This document shows, in pieces, positions 1 to 8,100 of a DNA stretch of 22,597 nt. The DNA comes from Verrucomicrobiota bacterium (GTDB lineage Bacteria > Verrucomicrobiota > Verrucomicrobiia > Limisphaerales > CANJSG01): the NCBI GenBank assembly GCA_038209745.1, contig JBBQXJ010000078.1, positions 1 through 22,597 on the forward strand, in the 5' to 3' direction. A program made the translations under genes and the position numbers. The first letter of the stretch is position 1. Every line of letters starts with the position of its first letter. The notes beneath the pieces were generated by a model. It did no database searches. It had not been told where the DNA came from and was given only the letters and a program-made list of their open reading frames with translations.

Positions 1-378
1 GCTCGGTCAGGGAGAAGAAGGAAAGCTCAGAGGGACGAATGGTTTCGGACACGCGTTCTTGGACGAAAATCCCGCCCTGCTTGCTCAATTTCAACGACTG
101 TTTCTTTTCTGGAAAATCGAGTTTCTGGAAGTCCCCTTAACGGATTCTGTCGTATTGGCAGTTTATGAACGCTGAGGCAGATCCGTCCTATCAGGTTTGG
201 AAGGGGGGCTGCGCTGCCGCGCAGCCCTGATCTCCCTCCCAAGCGCGGCGCGGGACGAACGAGACGTCCGATCATCCGCCAAGCAACGACTTCAGGAAGC
301 GCCTCCAGTTTTCAGTTCCCACCGGGCTTTCCATCCTCCACGGCAAAGACGGCGCTGCGCTGGTCTTTGCAGCAGATG

Positions 379-403
379 GGGCGGACCGGCAGGTCCGCCC
401 TAC
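379..403 (-). repeat. REP-A (GTAG-type): GTAGGGCGGACCTGCCGGTCCGCCC; exact copies at 592-616 and 1243-1267, degenerate partial copy at 176-192
   Basis: 5' GTAG tetranucleotide followed by a perfect 9-bp GC-rich stem with a 4-nt loop, the canonical REP layout. Copies flank a RAYT gene. Confidence 0.9.
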
Positions 404-414
404 CGGGCTTGAAG

Positions 415-439
415 GTGGGGCTGCGCTGCTGCGCAGCCC
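415..439 (+). repeat. REP-B (GTGG-type): GTGGGGCTGCGCTGCTGCGCAGCCC; variants at 203-227, 628-652 and 1279-1304
   Basis: GTGG tetranucleotide with the 9-bp stem GGGCTGCGC/GCGCAGCCC and a 4-nt loop. It always lies just after a REP-A, in the opposite orientation. Confidence 0.85.
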
Positions 440-626
440 TGACATCCGTCCCAAGCGCAGCGTAGGGACGAACGGAGGCTTCCGATCCTCCGCCAAGCAG
501 CGGCTTCAAGATGCGCCTCTGTTTTCAGTTCCCTTCGAGCTTTCCATCCCCCACGGCAAAGACGGCGCTTTGCTGGTTTTTGCGAGAGATGGGGCGGACC
601 GGCAGGTCCGCCCTACCGGGCTTGAA

Positions 627-1268
627 GGTGGGGCTGCGTTGCTGCGCCGCCCTGACATCCCGTCCCAAGCGCAGCGCGGGACGAACGGGGCTTTCTTCCA
701 TCCACAACTTCCGCTACGAAATCGGGCATGTCCCTCAACCCGTTCCAAGAGCCGGGTCGTCACACGCCGGCCAAGGGCGTCCACCTCAAAACGGGTGGGC
801 CGAACTGGGTCTTCCTCACCATCAACACCGCGCACCGGGAACGCTGGCTGGCGCAGCCTTCCGTCCAGCGGACCTTGCACGACATTTGGGAACACAAGGC
901 CATCGCTTGGCTGGTCAGCGACTACTTGCTGATGCCGGATCATCTCCATCTCTTCTGCGCGCCGCACGATTTGGAGTTCACGCTCGAACGCTGGATCGCC
1001 TTCTGGAAGGACCGTTTCGCCAAAACGCATCCGGACGTGGGCGCCTTTCAGGCGGGTGGGTTTCATCATCGTCTGCGCGACGACGAGAACTACGCGGCCA
1101 AGTGGCGCTATGTGCAGGAGAATCCGCTGCGGGCGGGATTGGTGGGAACTGTGGAGGAGTGGCCTCATGCAGGACGAGTGCATGAGAGCCATTGGTGAGC
1201 GCGGTGGCAAAGACGACGCTTCGCTGGTCTTTGCGAGAGATGGGGCGGACCGGCAGGTCCGCCCTACC
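627..1268 (+). mobile_element. REPtron: REP-B arm + RAYT gene + REP-A arm
   Basis: The RAYT CDS is bounded by GGTGGGGC (627) and GCCCTACC (1268), the same termini as the gene-less units. Confidence 0.75.
728..1198 (+). CDS. rayT: REP-associated tyrosine transposase (RAYT / TnpA-REP, Y1_Tnp HUH family), 156 aa
   Basis: Motifs VFLTINT, LMPDHLHL (HUH), FQAGGFHHRLR, WRYVQENPLRAGLV (catalytic Tyr + NP) and EEWPHAG; flanked by REPs. Confidence 0.93.
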   Translation: MSLNPFQEPGRHTPAKGVHLKTGGPNWVFLTINTAHRERWLAQPSVQRTLHDIWEHKAIAWLVSDYLLMPDHLHLFCAPHDLEFTLERWIAFWKDRFAKTHPDVGAFQAGGFHHRLRDDENYAAKWRYVQENPLRAGLVGTVEEWPHAGRVHESHW

Positions 1269-1305
1269 AGGTATGAAGGTGGGGCTGCGTTCACCCGCAA
1301 GCCCC
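1206..1305. repeat. Repeat arm downstream of the RAYT: hairpin H1 + REP-A + linker + diverged REP-B
   Basis: GGCAAAGAC...GTCTTTGCGAGAGATGGGGCGGACCGGCAGGTCCGCCCTACC-AGGTATGAA-GGTGGGGCTGCG matches 342-425 and 555-638. Confidence 0.9.
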
Positions 1306-1406
1306 GTCTTCAAGCTGGGCCGCCGTTCAGGTTGCTTTGAGGGAACAATTCTCCGGCGTCATCGGAGGTGTCTCGACCATCAGCATTGATTTTCGCTGTC
1401 TCCCGC

Positions 1407-2720
1407 TCAAGGGCTGACCGGTTTGATCTGGAACCGGTGCGTTTTCGGTTTCCGGACGTCTTGGATTTTTGCTTCGTCGTCCGCGATCTCGCCATCAATG
1501 CGGCGAAGCTCGGTGGCGCGGCTGGCTTCCACATCGGGGCCGGCCGCCCAAGCGGGGAAGGAGTAGAGCTGGACGCCGCGCCAGCGGTCAAAATAGCGGT
1601 TGTTCTTGTGGAAGACCAAGGCCAGGAGTTCCCGTGTCTGGCGGGTTATCGGCCCGTCGACGTTGCTCAGGTTGACGCCCGTGGCGAGTTCGTCGGCACT
1701 CGCTTTACGCGCCGACTCGCCGTCGATCAGGATGTCGTAGTTTCCCGGGGCGAGGCCGGTCACGCGCAGCATATATTGGCTGAGGTCATCGAGGATCGGG
1801 GCCAGTTTCAGCGCCGGATCCGCGCGCTCGTCCACCGGCAGTGGCAGCGCCTCGTCCAGACGATCAAACGCCACCCCGCCATCCGCGAAGGCAAGGTTCT
1901 CCACCTTGCAACCAACCGCGTTGACCGCCTTGGGAGAAACCTGGATCTCCGCAGTGGAAACCGGCGCCGTGGCTCCCAGGCCCTTCAGAATGGCCCAAGC
2001 CATCAGAGTATGCCCTGCCGGTCCGGGATGGACCGCGTCCCCGCCGCCGATGAAGGCGCCAGGATCCTTGGCCCGCGCCGCCATCATCAGCCCCATGTAG
2101 GGGGCGAACTGGTCCACAAACAGAGCCCCGTTGCCGGTGGCGACATCCTTGAGTCCGTCGGAAAACTGGCGCAGGGACTGGTTGCGATCGTCCTTGTCCG
2201 GATCGGGTCGGCGCTCCTCGATGGGCTGCGGCGTGAGGAAGGCGACCCTTGCGCCGGCCGCTTTCAAATCTTTGGCAATCTCCGTCTGGCTGCGCGCGTA
2301 GGCCCGGAAGATGTCGGGACGGAATTTCTGATAAGAATGGTCGTTCATCCCGAACTTGACGGTGACGAACGTCGGCTTGAGCGGCAGCACGTCCCGACCC
2401 AGGCCCCGACCGACGGAATCTTCGACCATCTTGTCCAAGTCGCCCCCTTCGGCGGCGAACAGGCGTCCTTCGTCCGGATGAAAGCGTTGACGGAGCCACG
2501 CCGTGTCGCCGCCCCAGCCGACATTGCGGAACGAAAGGTTCCACGTCGGATGCCGCGCCAAGGCATACGCCTCGATGTAGGTGGTGTAGAGCCGCTGCTC
2601 GGTGATGCTGTCGCCGAGGAAGACGACCCGGTCGCCGTCGCGGATCGCAAACTCCGCCGCCAGTCGGCTCGACGAGACCAGACAGACGACGGCAACCAAA
2701 CAAGTGCGGAGGGAGAGCAT
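1407..2720 (-). CDS. Secreted SGNH/GDSL hydrolase family protein (esterase), 437 aa
   Basis: Signal peptide; blocks FLGDSITE, NVGWGGDT, FGMND and GDAVHP. Confidence 0.92.
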   Translation of the reverse strand: MLSLRTCLVAVVCLVSSSRLAAEFAIRDGDRVVFLGDSITEQRLYTTYIEAYALARHPTWNLSFRNVGWGGDTAWLRQRFHPDEGRLFAAEGGDLDKMVEDSVGRGLGRDVLPLKPTFVTVKFGMNDHSYQKFRPDIFRAYARSQTEIAKDLKAAGARVAFLTPQPIEERRPDPDKDDRNQSLRQFSDGLKDVATGNGALFVDQFAPYMGLMMAARAKDPGAFIGGGDAVHPGPAGHTLMAWAILKGLGATAPVSTAEIQVSPKAVNAVGCKVENLAFADGGVAFDRLDEALPLPVDERADPALKLAPILDDLSQYMLRVTGLAPGNYDILIDGESARKASADELATGVNLSNVDGPITRQTRELLALVFHKNNRYFDRWRGVQLYSFPAWAAGPDVEASRATELRRIDGEIADDEAKIQDVRKPKTHRFQIKPVSP

Positions 2721-2789
2721 GGGGAGACAGTGACGCCCGGCGGGCGGCGGTTCAAGAAATCAAGCGCCTGAGCCACGCGGGCGGCGGGC

Positions 2790-3000
2790 CCGTTCGTGGA
2801 AGTTGAGAACTTGGTGGAAGAGCGCTTCGCCGCTGTGGACGACGACTTTGAGCCGCGGCTTGCCAATATGCGCGCAGGCGTTGCAGTTGCAGGTGGTGGA
2901 CTGGCTCAGCCCGCGCACTTTCTCGCCGAACATGACGAAGAACGTGAGCAGCTTGTCTCCGATTTCGCGCTTTGTTTCGGGCCACGGTTTTGCTCCGCGC
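2790..3000 (-). pseudogene. Internal fragment of a DUF2652-like (class III nucleotide-cyclase-fold) gene
   Basis: Translation ...TCNCNACAHIGKPRLKVVVHSGEALFHQVLNFHE resembles the recalled CxCxAC...LxLKxxxHxGE segment. The expected upstream EGDA and downstream HRLLKN motifs are absent. Confidence 0.6.
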
Positions 3001-3197
3001 TGATGAGCAGGACCGGCTCGGACGTATCGGCACGGGACGAGGTTTTGGACATTCGCTTTGTTCGTCTCGGCTTGAACTGCTGCCCAACCACTGACCGCAT
3101 CTCTGCGAGTGGCCGGAGGAAGCATCAACTTTTGGGCGGGCCATTCTCGCGGACGGGCTGGACTTTCCAGGCAAAGGAAGGCTGCGGTCCATCCGGT

Positions 3198-4553
3198 CTA
3201 CCGCACTGGCTCCAACCTGACCAACGCCGAGTCGTGGTTGTTCCACCAGTTGCTGCCCCATTCGAGGAGGTAGAGGGCGCCGTCGGGACCGAGCTTGAGG
3301 CAGATGGGGCGTTTGAACTTGGTGTCGCCCATGATCGGTTGCAACGCGCGGAGGTGGCCGTCGGCGTCGAGCCAGGCGGCTTTGATCCAGCCGCGTTCCC
3401 AGTCGAAGAGGAAGACCGCTCCGTCGAGCTCGGCGGGCAGTTTCCGGTCGGACTTCAGAGCTGGATCGAAGTGATACACCGGTCCGGCCATGGCGGAGCG
3501 GGCACCGGAACCGACCTGGGGCCAGCGCGTGGTCAGGCTGGGCGGATACCAAAGAAACGCCGATTGGGCAGGCGGGAGCTCGCGGAGGCCGGTGTTGTTC
3601 GGCGAGTCGTTGATCGGATGCTGGGGGTCGAACGCCGGACCGCTGGTCTTTGTTTCGAAGTCGTAGGCGCGGTAGGACCGGTTGTCGGCGGCGAAGTAGG
3701 GCCAGCCGAAATTGCCGGCGGCTTTGGCGACGTTGAATTCATCGAAACCGGCGGGGCCACGAGCGGGATCGGGTCCGAGCGCGTCCGGGCCGACGTCGCC
3801 CCAATAGAGCCAGCCGGTGCGCGGATCCACGGTGAACCGAAACGGATTGCGGCAGCCCATGATATAGATCTCTGGAAGCGTCTTGGGGGTGGCGGACGGA
3901 AAGAGATTCCCTGCGGGAATGGTGTAGGTGCCGTCGGCTTCGGGATGGATGCGGAGGATCTTGCCCCGGAAGTCGGCGGTGTTGGCGGCGGTGCGTTCCG
4001 AGTCGTTCAGTTCGTGGCCGGGCCGCCGGTCGAGAGGCGCGAAGCCGTCGGACTTGTCGGCAAAGGTGTAGTCGCCGGTGGAGAGATAGAGATTGCCGGC
4101 GGCGTCGAAGCCCACGCCGCCTCCGGAATGGTTCGGTTTCGGGATGAGCGTGGGGACGCGGAGGAGAATCTTCTGGGAGGCTTCGTCGAGAGCACCGTCG
4201 TGGATGGTGAAACGGGAAAGGCGATTTTCCAAAATGCCGGGCGTCGAGTGATAGACGAAGAGCCACCCGTTCGTTGCGAAGCCCGGATGCAGTGCAAGGC
4301 CGAGCAGTCCGTCTTCTGGGCCGGAGTAGACATTGAGGGAGCCAACGGCGGTCGTTTCAACCGCGTCCGGTCGCCAGACCTTCACCCCGCCGCGGCGTTC
4401 CGCGATGATGAGGCGGCCATCGGCCGCAACGTCGAGGGCGATGGGTTCGACGAGGTTGGTCGCGAGAACGGTCCGTCGAAGAGACGTTTCCGCGTGGAGT
4501 GAGACAAGCGACAGTGCGAGGCAAGTCAGGGCGGCTGGACTGAGGCGGAGCAT
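3198..4553 (-). CDS. Secreted PQQ-dependent sugar dehydrogenase (glucose/sorbosone dehydrogenase, GSDH beta-propeller)
   Basis: Signal peptide from the ATG at 4553; motifs EDGLLGLALHPGF, NHSGG, LYLSTGD, GKILRI, IPAGNLF, MGCRNPFR, GDVGPD and GNFGWP. Confidence 0.92.
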   Translation of the reverse strand: MLRLSPAALTCLALSLVSLHAETSLRRTVLATNLVEPIALDVAADGRLIIAERRGGVKVWRPDAVETTAVGSLNVYSGPEDGLLGLALHPGFATNGWLFVYHSTPGILENRLSRFTIHDGALDEASQKILLRVPTLIPKPNHSGGGVGFDAAGNLYLSTGDYTFADKSDGFAPLDRRPGHELNDSERTAANTADFRGKILRIHPEADGTYTIPAGNLFPSATPKTLPEIYIMGCRNPFRFTVDPRTGWLYWGDVGPDALGPDPARGPAGFDEFNVAKAAGNFGWPYFAADNRSYRAYDFETKTSGPAFDPQHPINDSPNNTGLRELPPAQSAFLWYPPSLTTRWPQVGSGARSAMAGPVYHFDPALKSDRKLPAELDGAVFLFDWERGWIKAAWLDADGHLRALQPIMGDTKFKRPICLKLGPDGALYLLEWGSNWWNNHDSALVRLEPVR

Positions 4554-5175
4554 GGGATGCACCTGTTGGTCGACGATGCCGCCAGGGGATCGATTCGAGC
4601 AAGCGGCGACGTGGCCCGGAAGTGGTCCGTTTTAGTTCATAGCTCCCGAGGAGGTTGGTCTGGAGAAGGGATCAAGTGCAGCCGCGTCTAGCGTTCATCG
4701 GGAGACAGGAGTCATACCTGTTCTGATTGGTCCAAGTTGCATAGGATTCTGAAATTGAGATCCGATGGCAAATCTCAGGCTTCATGAATCGTCGGAAAAC
4801 CATGATAGAGATACGGTTTCAAAGGCGGAAGTCCATTGCCGTTGTCATCCGCATTATCGGTCCCAAGCCCAGCCGGACGCGATGATCCGGGTCCGGGCGA
4901 CGGGGTGTGGCTCAGGATAAGACAGGCTGTATTGGGAGTGGGCCATTCTTCCTCATGAATCGATTGGGCCTCCTGGGAAAAGAAGGGCAAAATTTGTGCA
5001 TTATTTTGCCGCAAATTCTCCATGGCGCCGGGGAAAGATTAGGGTATGGTTTTTCCGTTCGGTGCGGTGGAACGTTTCTTCAGCGCCCATCCCCTGGGCC
5101 ACCTCCTTGGCGTCTGCCGCCCGAACACTCTTCTTTTTTCGAGTCGGTCTTCCTCTTTTCCATCCTTCCCCGGTC

Positions 5176-8100
5176 TCAATCCAACGCCACGATTCGGTAG
5201 AAGCGTTGCGGGCTGCTGCCGAGGTTGTCGTTGACGGTCAGGGCCGTGGTGGCGGCCAAGGCGGGCGCGTCCACGGGTTGCCATTCTGGATCGTCGAGCG
5301 AGTCCTTGTAGTCGACGCGGTAGGTCTTTCCCGGCTCGGCGACAAAGGTGATGGCATAGCGTGAGCCTTCGGCGACGAGGGACGAGACCTGCGGTTTGGA
5401 GACGACCCGCACGATGAACTGCCCGGTGGCGGACCGGGCCGGAGACCCGTTGTCCGTGACGCGCGCTACGATGGTATTTGTGCCCGGGGTCTGGGAGGCG
5501 AGCGGACGCCACGAGAAGAGCCCGCTGGTGGGATTGATGATGGCGTTGGTGGGAGCGCCCGGATCGAGACTGAACGAGAGGATCTGGGCCGGCAGGTCGC
5601 TGTCAGTGGCCGTGATGGTCAGGACGAGCTGCTGGCCTTCGAACACGGTGCGGTTGGCAAGCGTCGCCAGATGGGGCGACGTGTTGGACGGGTCGACATG
5701 GTTGGCGGTGCGGGGCGTCGGAGCCGTCTGGATCGAGATCGCGGCCGCGCCGTCAGGAATGCGGCCCTCGCTGATGTCCGAGGTCTGGGGGCCGAATTCC
5801 ACGAAGTCGATGACGGTGCCGTCTTCGGCGAAGAGGCCGATGGCTTCGCCGGACTTTGACAGCTTGAAGTCCACGTGGAGATCAATGCGATTGGAGGCGT
5901 TCTGGCTGGGTTCGTTGTCGGCCCAGACGAGGAGGCGGCCGTGGGCGGGGATGGTGTAGCCGGCGGGGATCTTGAACTTGGTTTTGTTCGTCAGGCTTGT
6001 GCCGAGATAAAATCCTGAGAGGTCGGCGACGGCCTCGGTGGGATTGTAGAGTTCGAACCAGTCCTCGAAATCACCGTCTGCAGGATCGGCCAACGTGGTG
6101 AGGTTATCGGCCATCCATTCGTTGATGAGGACGTCGAGCGGCGGGGAGGCGGGGTTGTTCGTCGCTCCGGGCGTGGTGTAGTTGAAGACGCGGCGTCCGA
6201 TGACGGACCCCTCGGGAGAGGATCCGTAGGAGCGGTCGGCCCGGGGCACTTCATAGTTCAGATAGTCGAGGACGCTGGTCCGGCCGCCGCTGACCTGGAC
6301 GAGGGCAAGCGATCCCGTTTTTGGGAGAACCGTGAAGGAGGTGTGAGGCTCGGACGCGATGGATTCTCCGGCGTTCCCGTCCAACCAGACGGTGAGGAAT
6401 CCGCGGGCGGGAACGGTGGTTCCGGCAGGGAAGGCCCACTGGGTCAGGTTGGAGTAGTTGTTCGCGAGGTGGAGTCCACCGAGGGAGAGCGCGTTGGTGC
6501 TCCCGTTGAACAGCTCCGTCCACGGATGCCGATGGCCGAAGCGGTCGGTGGCGCCGGACTGGTTGTCGGGCTGGATCTCGTTCAGCCAAATGGGCGGCAG
6601 CAGAGAGAGAGTCGCGGCGACGGAGTTCAGCTTGCCCGGCGTGACGTGGGTGAGGGGGCCGAAGCTGGGAGCGAGATTCACCGTGGCCACGACGCCGCTG
6701 CCGGAGAGGCGGATCCGGAGGCTGCCACCATCGGGGTGCTCCAGATACCAGAAGCTCAGGGTGCAGAGGCTGTCGGCTGTGAGGCCGGGGGAGAGATCCT
6801 GCCAAACGGACGAACCCTGGGTGGTGCCGCCGCTGGTGGCGACCAAGTGGAGACTGGCGTTTCCGGAATGCCGGGTAGCGCTGTCCAACGAGGACCCGGA
6901 ATGGTTGGCGGAGACGGTCCACGGACCTGGGAAGCCGATTTCGAAGTCCCCGTTCTGGATCGAGTTGACGCCCGACTCGGCGACGGCGCCGGGCACGAGT
7001 TTGAGGTCGTCGATGAACACTTCGCCCGCGGACTCCAAATAGACGTAAAGGGTGGAGCTGGAGGCGGTGCCGGTCACGGAGTAGTAGCGCCATTGGGGCT
7101 GCTGTGGGCCGGAACTGTTGTCGGCCACGGCGCTCCAGTTGGCGACGCGATTGTTGTCCTGGGCGGCGTCGATCAATTGAAGGGACGAACCGGTTCCGTT
7201 GGCTGCGGCGGGCCAGGGGGGCGAGCTGTCGTAGCGGACTTCGTCCACGACAAGATCCTCCGCCGGGGTGGCGCCGGGGCGGATGAGGCGCAGGGTCTCG
7301 CCGCCGCTCCGGAGCTTGCCGCTGAAGGTGCCGACGACGGGGGGAGCGGTGCCAAAGGCGCTGGCGAAGGCGGCGGGATTTTCGACGACGAGAAGGTAGG
7401 CGCTCGGGGAGATGACGGTGCCGGGCGGAAAGGTGAAGCCCACTCCGTCGAGCTTCCAGAAGGAGAGGTCGAACGAGTTGTTGGCGGAGGTGTTTCGGAT
7501 CTCGACGAACGAGGTGCCCGGGATGGCCGGTTCATACATGATCTCGTTGATCACGAGCTTGTCCTGCGGCGCTTCCGCGAGGCCGGTGTAAGTGACGTTG
7601 AGGGTCGCGTCCGCGCCGGTCACGAGGACGCCGTTCTTGTCGAGTCCCTGGACGTGGAGGCCGTTGACACCGGGCGCCAAGGAAACAAGGACGCTCCAGC
7701 TCGATTGGGTGTTCCAGACCACGATCTGGGCCACTCCGTTGACGGTGAGGGTGCGGACGGAGATCGGGGATATTCCGGTCAAGATGATCTGGTTGCGGTT
7801 CGTGCTGAAGGCGTTTCCGCCGTTCAGGGTCAGCGAAAAGTTCGCGGCGGTGTTCGCCGAGATCTGGCTGAGCAGGGAGCTGCGCCGTTGGCTGATGTAG
7901 GTCTTGATGGTGGAGGGATTGTCCACGGTGCGACCGTTCGCGGTCATGGCGGCGTACTTCCCGTCCACGAGCGTGTTGGCGCGCGAGGCGACCAACGGGC
8001 CGTTCGCGAGATCCTGGAGGATCTGCCAGTAGCGGCGGCGATACGCCGGTTCGCCGAGGTCGATGCCGTTGCTCCGGCCAATGCCCTGGAAGACATCGCT

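Larger units (their letters stand above)
176..695. repeat. Tandem array of ~213-bp REPIN-like units upstream of the RAYT (partial 176-192; unit 203-404; unit 414-617; left arm of the third unit 627-~695)
   Basis: Near-identical blocks recur with a 213-bp period: GGGCGGACCGGCAGGTCCGCCCTAC at 379-403 and 592-616; GGTGGGGCTGCG at 414 and 627. Linkers are GGGCTTGAA at 405-413 and 618-626. Confidence 0.92.

Noticed and set aside
176..695. CRISPR array
   Set aside because: Whole ~213-bp units repeat with no unique spacers, there are no cas genes, and REP hallmarks plus a RAYT explain it.
728..1198. IS200/IS605 element with TnpB
   Set aside because: There is no tnpB, and the motifs and REP flanks fit a RAYT.
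27..1389. Short ORFs over the repeats (VGRTCRSAP, VGLRCCAAL peptides)
   Set aside because: They are translations of REP palindromes or shadows of the RAYT.
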